A stretch of DNA of 30,590 nt from Promethearchaeota archaeon. GTDB lineage: Archaea > Asgardarchaeota > Lokiarchaeia > Sigyniarchaeales > SOKP01. The DNA lies in contig JBHLOC010000047.1 of NCBI GenBank assembly GCA_048940925.1, positions 4,909 through 35,498 on the forward strand. The letters are read 5' to 3'. A program made the translations under genes and the position numbers. Shown piece by piece: positions 17,840 through 26,684 of the stretch; position 1 is the stretch's first letter; each line of letters starts with the position of its first letter. The notes beneath the pieces were generated by a model, which had not been told where the DNA came from, made no database searches, and saw nothing but the letters and a program-made list of their open reading frames with translations.

Positions 17840-19324
17840 TTATATCTTACTTTTATTTTTTGACTCTTGAACTAAAATAGCAAAATTCTTTACCATCTCT
17901 TCTATTGATGGAAATGTAAGGATATTATTTTTATTAAGCAATTTTGACATACGATACATCGCTTTTGGTTCACCAACCATCCACATACTTATTATTTTAT
18001 CCGTTTTTTGTTGAATTAATTCTTCAATATTAAAATTATTACGAGGACCAGGACCAGGACCAGGCCCTCTTCCTGCAAACATCATATTGAAAATGCCCTC
18101 AATATCTGGTTCATCAAATAAGGCTTTCCAAATTTTGCCCATTACAACAGCAGGATTAGTGTCGTTCATCATAGCTTTTTCCATTGTTGGCCAAAGATCA
18201 AGTAATGCAAAATGATTTGGAGGCATCCATTCAGGATAAAATTCTTTTAGGGTTTTATATGTCTGTTCTTTTAAAATAGGATAGTTTAATCCATATTTCA
18301 TAGTAAGATCAGCAGAGATCGTACCAGCTCCACCAGATCCAGCCATCATAGAGACATTTCCATATTTAGGTAATTTTTTCCCCGAGCGATACACTCTTGA
18401 AAATGTACGACCAAATTGAAATAGATCATGCAAATTTTCTGCTTGGATTACACCAGATTGTTTAATTATAGCATTAATTAAATGTTGATTTTCTGCTAGA
18501 GCACCTGTATGACTTAAAGTAGCTTTTTGTCCAAGAGAGGTTTTCCCTCCTTTTAATAGAATAATTGTTTTATTTGGAATTTTTGTGACTTTTTTGCCTA
18601 ATTCAATAAATCTCCTAGGATCTTTGAATGATTCAAGATATATTATTATAACATTTACAGTGGGATCATCGATACAGTAATCTAAAAATTCGATTTCATT
18701 TAAATCCATTTTATTCCCAATTGAAAAAGAATATCTAATTCCCATGTCAGGATATGTTCTTAGTTGGTTTATGAGATATCCTCCATTTAACATTCCTGAT
18801 TGGGTAATAATAGCTATATTTCCTCGCTTATATTTATGAAAAACACCAAAACCTGAAAAAAATCCACCTTTTTGTTTACCATTACTATCCCCATCAATTT
18901 TTGTAAGACCCATACAATTAGGACCCACAATACGTATCTTAGAAAAATTATCTGTAATATCAAGTATCTGATCTCTCAATTCAAGTCCTATTTCACCTAC
19001 TTCTTCAAATCCAGCAGTTTCAATAAGAGCTCCCTTTATTCCTTTCTTAATGCATTCTTTTAATAGATTAGGAATAATTTGGTTGGGGGTATAAAAAATG
19101 GCGAGATCAACTTCATCTTGAATATCTAAAACAGACTTTTTAAATTCTAAACCAAAGATTTCACCATCTGAGTTAGGATTTACAGGAAAAACCTTGCCTT
19201 TAAAGTTATTAGCTATTAGATTATTTACAATACGATGACCCCCTTTTGCGGGATTTTTTGATGCTCCAATTACAGCTACCGATTTAGGATTAATAAATAA
19301 ATCAACTATATGATTATTCGACAT
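17840..19324 (-). CDS. Acyl-CoA synthetase (ADP/NDP-forming), alpha subunit / CoA-binding protein
   Basis: PKSVAVIGAS, FPVNP, GPNCMG, ITQSG, SIGNKMD, LKGGK, phospho-His motif SHTGALA, GSGGAG. No ATP-grasp domain. Confidence 0.9.
   Translation of the reverse strand: MSNNHIVDLFINPKSVAVIGASKNPAKGGHRIVNNLIANNFKGKVFPVNPNSDGEIFGLEFKKSVLDIQDEVDLAIFYTPNQIIPNLLKECIKKGIKGALIETAGFEEVGEIGLELRDQILDITDNFSKIRIVGPNCMGLTKIDGDSNGKQKGGFFSGFGVFHKYKRGNIAIITQSGMLNGGYLINQLRTYPDMGIRYSFSIGNKMDLNEIEFLDYCIDDPTVNVIIIYLESFKDPRRFIELGKKVTKIPNKTIILLKGGKTSLGQKATLSHTGALAENQHLINAIIKQSGVIQAENLHDLFQFGRTFSRVYRSGKKLPKYGNVSMMAGSGGAGTISADLTMKYGLNYPILKEQTYKTLKEFYPEWMPPNHFALLDLWPTMEKAMMNDTNPAVVMGKIWKALFDEPDIEGIFNMMFAGRGPGPGPGPRNNFNIEELIQQKTDKIISMWMVGEPKAMYRMSKLLNKNNILTFPSIEEMVKNFAILVQESKNKSKI
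18044..18067. repeat. Hexanucleotide tandem repeat (AGGACC)3 AGGCCC encoding (GP)4
   Basis: Seen directly. It encodes GPGPGPGP inside the acyl-CoA synthetase alpha gene. Confidence 0.85.
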
Positions 19325-19368
19325 TTTTTATCATACCCCGTTTTTGTTTTAATTAACTTTATATTTTT

Positions 19369-20472
19369 TTATTTTTTATATGCTGTTTGTACAAACTCAT
19401 ATAATTTTTTAGCATTTGTCTCATTTTTAAAATGTCCTATTACTGGCGCTAAGAATTTGTTTAAATATTTTATTACTGCGGGTTTTAGATCAGGCGGATT
19501 CAAATTCCCTTTTCTATAATCTTGCTCTAATGCTTCATAGGATGTATATTCGATATCTCCACCATATTTTTCAGGTCTCTCGACTTTAAAAATATCAACA
19601 AGCTCAAAAATTATATATTTGCAATATTCTAAAACAGGATTTTCAATAATTTCTTTAGGGGGACAATATGCCTTATTAATTTTGCGTTTTACATCATCTG
19701 GAGAATCTAACATAAATATTGCTGAATCTGGGTCCGATTTTGACATTTTGATTTCTATTGTTCTTTCTACACCAGATAAATTCGTAGATGGGGGTTTATT
19801 TAAGCCCATTAACATATGATGATGGATTGCAACCGGTTTAGGTTTATTGAGTTTTTTAGCAACTTCTCTTGCCAACATATTTACCTTTCTTTGATCTAAA
19901 CCAAGTTGACAAATATCAGCGGGAAGATAAAATATATCTGCACATTGCATTAAGGGATATAAAATTTGTGAGGCATATAGTTTTTCAGATTCGCTTCTTC
20001 CCATTATTTGAGTACAACGTTTTACTCTTTTTAAGGTCGTTTCTATTCCTATTTTGAGTACTAATTCCCAATATTTATCTTCTTTTACAAGATCTGAAGC
20101 ATAAATGAACTCTATTTTACTTAGATCCATTCCACATACTTTCCAAACTTCAATAAAAAAATCTCCTACTTTTTTAATTACTTCTAAATTCCCACCAAAC
20201 TTTTTATTAGCAGCGGCATGCCAATCTGCAATCAGAAATTTAAAGCGAATCCCTGCTTTTGTTATTTTATTTACATTGATAGCTCTTAAAAGGCCTTGAG
20301 CAATATGAATATTTCCCGAAGGTTCAAAACCGTCATAGGCATAAATATTGCTATTATGATCAACTTTCCATTTAATTAATTCTCTTAATTCATCTAAATT
20401 AATAATTTCTTCTCCGACTTCCTCCAATAAAGTGATCTTTTCATCTAAAGTCAAAGACATATTATCATTCAC
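19369..20472 (-). CDS. tyrS: Tyrosine--tRNA ligase (archaeal/eukaryotic type, HIAQ variant)
   Basis: YDGFEPSGNIHIAQG, YPLMQCAD, QLGLDQRK, KMSKS, AYCPP, DLK. Likely start is ATG at 20460. Confidence 0.96.
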   Translation of the reverse strand: MNDNMSLTLDEKITLLEEVGEEIINLDELRELIKWKVDHNSNIYAYDGFEPSGNIHIAQGLLRAINVNKITKAGIRFKFLIADWHAAANKKFGGNLEVIKKVGDFFIEVWKVCGMDLSKIEFIYASDLVKEDKYWELVLKIGIETTLKRVKRCTQIMGRSESEKLYASQILYPLMQCADIFYLPADICQLGLDQRKVNMLAREVAKKLNKPKPVAIHHHMLMGLNKPPSTNLSGVERTIEIKMSKSDPDSAIFMLDSPDDVKRKINKAYCPPKEIIENPVLEYCKYIIFELVDIFKVERPEKYGGDIEYTSYEALEQDYRKGNLNPPDLKPAVIKYLNKFLAPVIGHFKNETNAKKLYEFVQTAYKK

Positions 20473-20598
20473 TTTAATTTTATATAAAATAGTAAATATA
20501 TTAATTGATATAACCTTTATGGATTTACCAATACAAAGAATTTATTTATCCTAATATTTTCTTGATACAAAATTAGAGATAATAGAGTAAAAAAGGAT

Positions 20599-23295
20599 CT
20601 AGGATTTCTTATTTTCAATTGAAGCCTGTGCTGCTGCAATTCTAGCAACTGGAATTCTAAAAGGAGAACATGAAACGTAATCTAGGCCAATTAAATGAGC
20701 AAATTTGATAGATTTGGGTTCACCGCCATGTTCTCCACAAATACCTGTCTTTAAATCCGGTCTTGTATTTTTACCAAGTTCGATAGCCATCTTCATTAGC
20801 TTTCCTACGCCCTCTTGATCGAGAGTCTCAAATGGATTATTTTCTAAAATTTCTTTATTTAAATAAATAGGCAGGAATTTACCTTCAGCATCATCACGAG
20901 AAAAACCAAACGTCATTTGTGTCAAATCATTTGTTCCAAATGAAAAGAATTCTGCTTCAATTGCAATTTCATCTGCAGTTAGAGCTGCTCTTGGAATTTC
21001 TATCATTGTACCAAACTTATATTCAAGCTCTACATTATATTCATTTATTGTTTCTAAAGCAACCTGCATTAATTGAGCTTTTACGAATTGTAATTCAGAA
21101 ATCATCCCAACAAGAGGAATCATTATCTCTGGAATAACATTTATACCTTTTTGTTTTAATTCACAAGCAGCCTGAAAAATTGCCTTAACTTGCATTTCAT
21201 TGATTTCCGGCCATACAATTCCTAATCTACAACCTCTTAGTCCCATCATAGGATTTTCTTCTGAGAGTGATCTGATTAAGCTGATTACTTTATTTTTCTC
21301 AGTGATTTCATCATCTAATGGGCTAATATTAAGTAATGATCTTGATAATGCATTTGTCATTTTTAGTTCTTGGCTTTCTAATTGAACAGTGGTTAATTCA
21401 GGTAGAAATTCATGTAGTGGCGGATCTAATAATCTAATGGTTACTGGTTTTCCTTCCATGATCTTAAATATTTCAAGAAAATCACCTTTCTGCATAGGTA
21501 AAATTTTATTAAGCGCATCTTGACGTTCTTCTAACGTTCTTGCCATTATCATTCTTTGCACAACTGGTAACCTATCTTGAGCCATAAACATATGTTCTGT
21601 TCTACAGAGGCCAATCCCTTCTGCCCCAAACTCTAATGCTTTTAAAGCATCAGCAGGTGTATCCGCGTTAGCTCTAACTCCGAGAGTTCTCAAATCATCA
21701 GCCATTTCTAATAACTCTAAGAATTCTCCTTTAATTTCAGGTTCCATCAAGGGAACTTTCCCTTCAATTACCCGTCCTGTGGTTCCATCTATTGTTATAT
21801 AATCACCCTCTTTAATAACCATATCCGCAACTCTAAATTCCTTGTCCTCTTCGTTGATTTCTATATCAGAACATCCTACTACAGCTGGTTTTCCCATCCC
21901 TCTTGCTACAACTGCTGCATGTGATGTTTTTCCTCCAAATTGCGTTAAGACACCACTAGAAGCATATAACCCATGAACATCCTCTGGTTTTGTTTGGGGC
22001 CTAACTAAAATAATTTCATTTTGCCCTTGATTTGCTAATTCTTCTGCTGTATCTGGATCAAAAATAGCAATGCCAGAAACTGCACCAGGAGAAGCACTAA
22101 TTCCATGAGCAAGTACATGTACTATAGAATTCTCATCTATACTCTTAAATAATAATTTGGATACTTTTTTAGAATCTACCCCTAATATTGCTTCTTCTTT
22201 TGTAATTAACCCTTCATTAACCATATCAACCGCAATTTTTACTGCTGCAGAAGGCGTACGTTTCCCATTTCTCGTTTGTAAAATATTGAGTTTACCGTCT
22301 TCAATAGTGAATTCAATATCTTGCATATCTCTGTAATGTTTCTCTAGTTTATCCATAGTTTCTAATAATTCCGAATAGATCTCTGGAAACTCTTCCTTCA
22401 TATCATCAATTTTTTTTGGAGTTCTTATACCAGCAACAACATCTTCACCTTGCGCGTTTGTTAAATACTCGCCAAACTTTTCATTGTCACCGTTTGATGG
22501 ATCTCTTGTAAATGCTACACCTGTTCCGGAATTCCAGCCTTTATTTCCAAATACCATGGCTTGAATATTAACAGCTGTTCCAAAATCAGGAATATTACTA
22601 ATTCTTCTATAAGTGATTGCTCGTCTATTATTCCAAGACTTAAATACTGCTTCAATTGCGAGAAATAATTGTTCATATGGTTCTTGAGGGAATGCGGAAC
22701 CAATTTCTTTTTCATATAATGCTTTATAATCAGCAATCACTTTTTGTAAGTCCATGATTGTTAAATCGGTATCTTGGGCGTTTCTCCCAATCGCTCTTTT
22801 ATATTTATTTAAGATCCTTTCGAAATTTTCATCTCCAATGCCCATTACTACGTCTCCAAACATCTGAATAAAGCGTCTGTAACTGTCATAGGCAAATCTA
22901 GGATTTTCTGTCTGTTCTGCTAAGCCCAATACACTTTGGTCGTTTAATCCTAAATTAAGAACTGTATCCATCATTCCAGGCATGGATATGGGCGCACCAC
23001 TTCGAACACTGACTAATAAAGGATTTTTTATATCACCAAATTTCTTTCCTGTATTGTTTTCTAGCATTTTTAAGTGCTCTATTACCTTAGGTTTTAAGGT
23101 CTTCATGACTTCTTTAGGATTTTTAAAATATAATAAGCAAGCTTCAGTTGTAATTGTAAATCCGGGGGGGATATTCAAACCTAAATTTGTCATTTCAGCC
23201 AGATTTGCTCCCTTTCCACCGAGTAAGTTCTTTAAATCCTTATTACCTTCGTTAAAATCGTAGATAAACTTATTTTTACGAGTTGTCATTTCCAT
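20599..23295 (-). CDS. ppdK: Pyruvate, phosphate dikinase
   Basis: LLGGKGANLAEM, PLLVSVRSGA.SMPGMMDT, QGEDVVAGIRTP, phospho-His GGKTSHAAVVARG, GLCRTEHMF, FSFGTNDLTQ, GICGEHGG. Confidence 0.98.
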   Translation of the reverse strand: MEMTTRKNKFIYDFNEGNKDLKNLLGGKGANLAEMTNLGLNIPPGFTITTEACLLYFKNPKEVMKTLKPKVIEHLKMLENNTGKKFGDIKNPLLVSVRSGAPISMPGMMDTVLNLGLNDQSVLGLAEQTENPRFAYDSYRRFIQMFGDVVMGIGDENFERILNKYKRAIGRNAQDTDLTIMDLQKVIADYKALYEKEIGSAFPQEPYEQLFLAIEAVFKSWNNRRAITYRRISNIPDFGTAVNIQAMVFGNKGWNSGTGVAFTRDPSNGDNEKFGEYLTNAQGEDVVAGIRTPKKIDDMKEEFPEIYSELLETMDKLEKHYRDMQDIEFTIEDGKLNILQTRNGKRTPSAAVKIAVDMVNEGLITKEEAILGVDSKKVSKLLFKSIDENSIVHVLAHGISASPGAVSGIAIFDPDTAEELANQGQNEIILVRPQTKPEDVHGLYASSGVLTQFGGKTSHAAVVARGMGKPAVVGCSDIEINEEDKEFRVADMVIKEGDYITIDGTTGRVIEGKVPLMEPEIKGEFLELLEMADDLRTLGVRANADTPADALKALEFGAEGIGLCRTEHMFMAQDRLPVVQRMIMARTLEERQDALNKILPMQKGDFLEIFKIMEGKPVTIRLLDPPLHEFLPELTTVQLESQELKMTNALSRSLLNISPLDDEITEKNKVISLIRSLSEENPMMGLRGCRLGIVWPEINEMQVKAIFQAACELKQKGINVIPEIMIPLVGMISELQFVKAQLMQVALETINEYNVELEYKFGTMIEIPRAALTADEIAIEAEFFSFGTNDLTQMTFGFSRDDAEGKFLPIYLNKEILENNPFETLDQEGVGKLMKMAIELGKNTRPDLKTGICGEHGGEPKSIKFAHLIGLDYVSCSPFRIPVARIAAAQASIENKKS

Positions 23296-23455
23296 TTCCT
23301 ACAATTTCTTTTTTAATCAAGAATTGTTAAATTAAAGACAAATCATTATATTTTTATACTTTACGTATATACATTACAGATCATTTCTGAATATAGTAAT
23401 TTCTGTAAAGAAAAAAAATTTTCGAAAAAAGAAAACTCATCTCAAGTCTCACTAA

Positions 23456-24265
23456 CTAAATTTTATTAAATTCATCCAATAATTCCCAAATTCCATTTAT
23501 TATGAAATCTGGTTTATATTCACTTTTTTTAATCATTTCTAATGATATTTCTCCAGATAATACACAACAAGTTGTTACACCTGCATCCTTACCCATTTTG
23601 ATATCTGTATACAATCTATCGCCTATCATTACTGAATCTTCAGCTAATATTCCCAATTGTTCTAGTTTAAACAATAACATGTCTTTATTAGGCTTCCCAA
23701 AAACTCTGGGCATTCTTTCTGTTGCTTCATATAATAGAGCAGCAATCCCTCCAGCATCTGGGATGAAACCATTGTCAATAGGACATCTTTTATCTAAATG
23801 AGTTGCGATGTAGGGTAAATTTACTTTTAAGAGAAAATGAGTAGCTCTAGCTAATCTATCATAAGTTAATTCTTTATCGAAAGCTAATACCAGAATCTCT
23901 GGATTTTCTTCAGTAATTATAAAACCTTCTTGCATGAATTCTTGTTTCAATGATTGAGTGCCCAGTAAGAAAATTTTTTTGATTTTATTCTTTTTAAGAT
24001 AATCAATAGTAGGATGTTGGGATAAAATAAGGTTTTCTCGAGTAATGTTAAGATTAAAGCTGTTCAATTTCTTAAGATAATCCTTTGTTGAAATACTTGA
24101 ATTATTTGAAAGAAAATAAAAATACTTTCCTTTTTTTTTTAATAATTCGATTAAGTCTATAACACCCTCAAACAATTTATTTCCTAAATATATTGTTCCA
24201 TCTAAATCAAAAAAATAAACTTGTTTTGTTGTGAGTTCAGATAAGTTCTTATTAAGAGAAATCAT
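23456..24265 (-). CDS. HAD-IIA (NagD-like) phosphatase
   Basis: FFDLDGTIY, LSNNS, GKP, MIGDRLYTDI. Start reassigned to ATG 24265 because the ORF-track extension to 24352 runs through a T-rich intergenic tract and into the SCP2 gene. Confidence 0.92.
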   Translation of the reverse strand: MISLNKNLSELTTKQVYFFDLDGTIYLGNKLFEGVIDLIELLKKKGKYFYFLSNNSSISTKDYLKKLNSFNLNITRENLILSQHPTIDYLKKNKIKKIFLLGTQSLKQEFMQEGFIITEENPEILVLAFDKELTYDRLARATHFLLKVNLPYIATHLDKRCPIDNGFIPDAGGIAALLYEATERMPRVFGKPNKDMLLFKLEQLGILAEDSVMIGDRLYTDIKMGKDAGVTTCCVLSGEISLEMIKKSEYKPDFIINGIWELLDEFNKI

Positions 24266-24289
24266 CCTATAATTCAAATACAATTTGAG

Positions 24290-24322
24290 ATAAAAATAAA
24301 AATAAAAAAGATTAAATAAATT
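24290..24322 (-). terminator. Putative oligo-T terminator after the SCP2 gene
   Basis: Minus strand TTTATTTAATCTTTTTTATTTTTATTTTT just downstream of the stop. Confidence 0.35.
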
Positions 24323-24332
24323 TATGTCATGA

Positions 24333-24755
24333 TTAATATAATTCTGTATCAATCATAGTAGAAGAAACAACTAATTCTTGAGCTGCTCGAGTAGCTTTTA
24401 AAATTTTAGCCATATCTCCTTTTAACTTAAACTTTCCAGCGAGTAACCCCCTGATAGGATCTAATTCTTGCTTTAAAAGTTGAACCCAAGCATCATAAAG
24501 TCCTGAATAGACAAATGCAGTCTCTACTTCTTCTCCCTCTTTCAATACTCTAGCACCCGTACATTCACCATGATAAAGTCCCACAAACATCTTAATTTCA
24601 TGATCTAAATTCCCAGAGGGCTCCACAATAAATAGAAAATCACCTTCCCATCCATCAGGAGGGACTCCTTCGGGTCCGCCTGCTTCTCTAAAATTTTGAT
24701 TTTCATTCACGGCTTTACAAAACGCTTTAACCCATTCTTCTGTTCCAAATTTCAT
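24333..24755 (-). CDS. SCP2 sterol/lipid-binding domain protein
   Basis: MKFGTEEW..., WEGDFLF, WVQLLKQELDPIRGLLAGKFKLKGDMAKIL (typical SCP2 C-terminal motif). ATG 24755 lies 6 nt after the GTG of GTGAT. Confidence 0.9.
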   Translation of the reverse strand: MKFGTEEWVKAFCKAVNENQNFREAGGPEGVPPDGWEGDFLFIVEPSGNLDHEIKMFVGLYHGECTGARVLKEGEEVETAFVYSGLYDAWVQLLKQELDPIRGLLAGKFKLKGDMAKILKATRAAQELVVSSTMIDTELY

Positions 24756-24933
24756 TATAATCACTTAGGATATGTATATCTTGATTTTTTTTTAATAAGG
24801 TTATTTATTTGGTTATCTTAATTAATAAAGAGTATTATAAATATTCTCTTCTTTATTACAAAAAAATTGGAAAAAATAAAAGGTATATTTTAAAATTATA
24901 AATTTTAACAAATTTTAATAATTTAAGGATTTC

Positions 24934-26646
24934 CTATTTAATTTCTCCCCTCTCTCTTATCTTGGTAATTTCCTCATCCCTGAGTTTCCTTTTAAAAAGT
25001 TTCATTGCTAAAGTTAATGGTAAATCTTTCCTAAATTCTACATACTTAGGAACTGCATACGGTTTCACTTTATCTTTTAAATAATCGATTATATCCTGTT
25101 CTGAGACCTTTCCTTCAGATTCCGTATTGAGTGTTATAAATGCTTTTACTCTCTCACTTCCAGGGCGTTCTGGATCTGGAACTCCAATTACGCCTGCCAC
25201 GCTAACAGCTGGATGTTCATGTAATATATCATCAATTACTCTTGAATATACTTTATTACCTGAAACATTAATCATATCTTTGATACGATCTTCGATATAG
25301 AAATAACCATCATCATCCATTCTGCCAATATCTCCCATGCGTAACCAACCATCTTCTGTCAAGCCGCTACCTGGTGTGGGCCAATATCCCTTCATAACTT
25401 GGGGACCACGAATCCATATTTCACCAGATTCACCGAAAGGAACCTCTTCTCCAGTTTCAGGATCTACAATTTTCACTTCTGTATCAGGTATAGGAACCCC
25501 AACTCCAGTTTTCTTTTTTGCCATAAATCCTGTTACTTTCGAAAGAGGTGAAATATTAACTGTTGAAACTGCAACAGTTTCAGTGGCACCATATCCCTCT
25601 CCCATAGGAACTCCGCTTTTATTCTCAAATTGATCAGCAAGTTCAGGAGGCATAGGTGCTGCTCCTGATAGATAAAAAATTGGAGCTTTTGGTATGTCTA
25701 ATTGAAGAAATCTTATATAATGAGCAGGAACGCCTGTTACCATGAAAGGACGATATTTCTTTATTGTTTCTACTATTCTTATCATATCTCTGGGATCCAT
25801 TAAATACATTTTCAATCCCATTGAAACACTTGAATGGATTGCAAAATGTCCATATGCATGAAAAACGGGAACACATATAACAACAGCTGCCTTACCAATA
25901 ATACCAAGTTTGATTGGATCTAGCATCCAATGCATTAACTGAATTATATTAGTTGTAATATTGTAATGTGTTAACATAGTCCCTTTTGGGAGTCCAGTAG
26001 TGCCACCAGTAAAAGGGAGAAGGGCAACATCTTCCATAGGATCTACATCAATTGTTTTATCAAGAGGTTCGTATTTTTCTATTATGTCATTTAAAAGATA
26101 AAACCCTGCTTTTGAAGTTTCTTTCAATTTAGGTAGTTTATAATCGGGAAATAATTTTATTGGGGTGTAAATAATAGTATTGATGCTAACCTCATTTTTT
26201 ACTTCAGTGAGCCGTTCAATCCGTCTATAGGAACATACCACAGTTGAAGCTCCACTTTCTTTTATCTCATGAATTAAGTCATCTGTATTATGTAATATAC
26301 TCAGTGGTACATGTATAGCTCCCATCTTCATTGCAGCATAATCAACTAAAATGAATTCAGGACAAGAGGGAAGAACTGATGCTATAGTATCTCCCTTTTT
26401 CAGACCTAAATCAATAAATGCATTTGCTAGTTTATCTACCTTTAATTTTAAATCTTTATAGGTAATTTCGTCATCTAAATAAACACATGCTATATTATCA
26501 GGATAATTATTTGCACTTTCTTCTAGGAGCTTATATACATTCATTTTAGGGTAAGGTTCCATTGAATGTTTTAGTTTAAAAGGTCCTACAACATATGATT
26601 TCAGCCATGGTTTGTCGGCATAAGTCATTTCACTATCTTCACCCAT
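24934..26646 (-). CDS. Long-chain-fatty-acid--CoA ligase (FadD-like AMP-forming)
   Basis: KPWLKSY N-terminus, FTGGTTGLPKG, GEGYGATE, GPQVMKGYW, GDIG, DRIKDMI, terminal Lys loop. RBS GGAGGAG. Confidence 0.92.
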   Translation of the reverse strand: MGEDSEMTYADKPWLKSYVVGPFKLKHSMEPYPKMNVYKLLEESANNYPDNIACVYLDDEITYKDLKLKVDKLANAFIDLGLKKGDTIASVLPSCPEFILVDYAAMKMGAIHVPLSILHNTDDLIHEIKESGASTVVCSYRRIERLTEVKNEVSINTIIYTPIKLFPDYKLPKLKETSKAGFYLLNDIIEKYEPLDKTIDVDPMEDVALLPFTGGTTGLPKGTMLTHYNITTNIIQLMHWMLDPIKLGIIGKAAVVICVPVFHAYGHFAIHSSVSMGLKMYLMDPRDMIRIVETIKKYRPFMVTGVPAHYIRFLQLDIPKAPIFYLSGAAPMPPELADQFENKSGVPMGEGYGATETVAVSTVNISPLSKVTGFMAKKKTGVGVPIPDTEVKIVDPETGEEVPFGESGEIWIRGPQVMKGYWPTPGSGLTEDGWLRMGDIGRMDDDGYFYIEDRIKDMINVSGNKVYSRVIDDILHEHPAVSVAGVIGVPDPERPGSERVKAFITLNTESEGKVSEQDIIDYLKDKVKPYAVPKYVEFRKDLPLTLAMKLFKRKLRDEEITKIRERGEIK

Positions 26647-26684
26647 TTTATCTCCTCCTTTTAATATATTAATGATAATGATAC

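Noticed and set aside
23374-23408. TTACAGA...TCTGTAA inverted repeat upstream of ppdK
   Set aside because: Only 7-bp arms with a 21-nt spacer in AT-rich DNA; compatible with chance.
24266-24352. 29-aa N-terminal extension of the HAD ORF
   Set aside because: Translation of a T-rich intergenic tract overlapping the SCP2 stop; ATG 24265 is the better start.
1833-25876. Remaining short ORF-track entries (61-103 aa) nested in or antisense to larger genes
   Set aside because: All overlap confidently assigned genes and have no family motifs.
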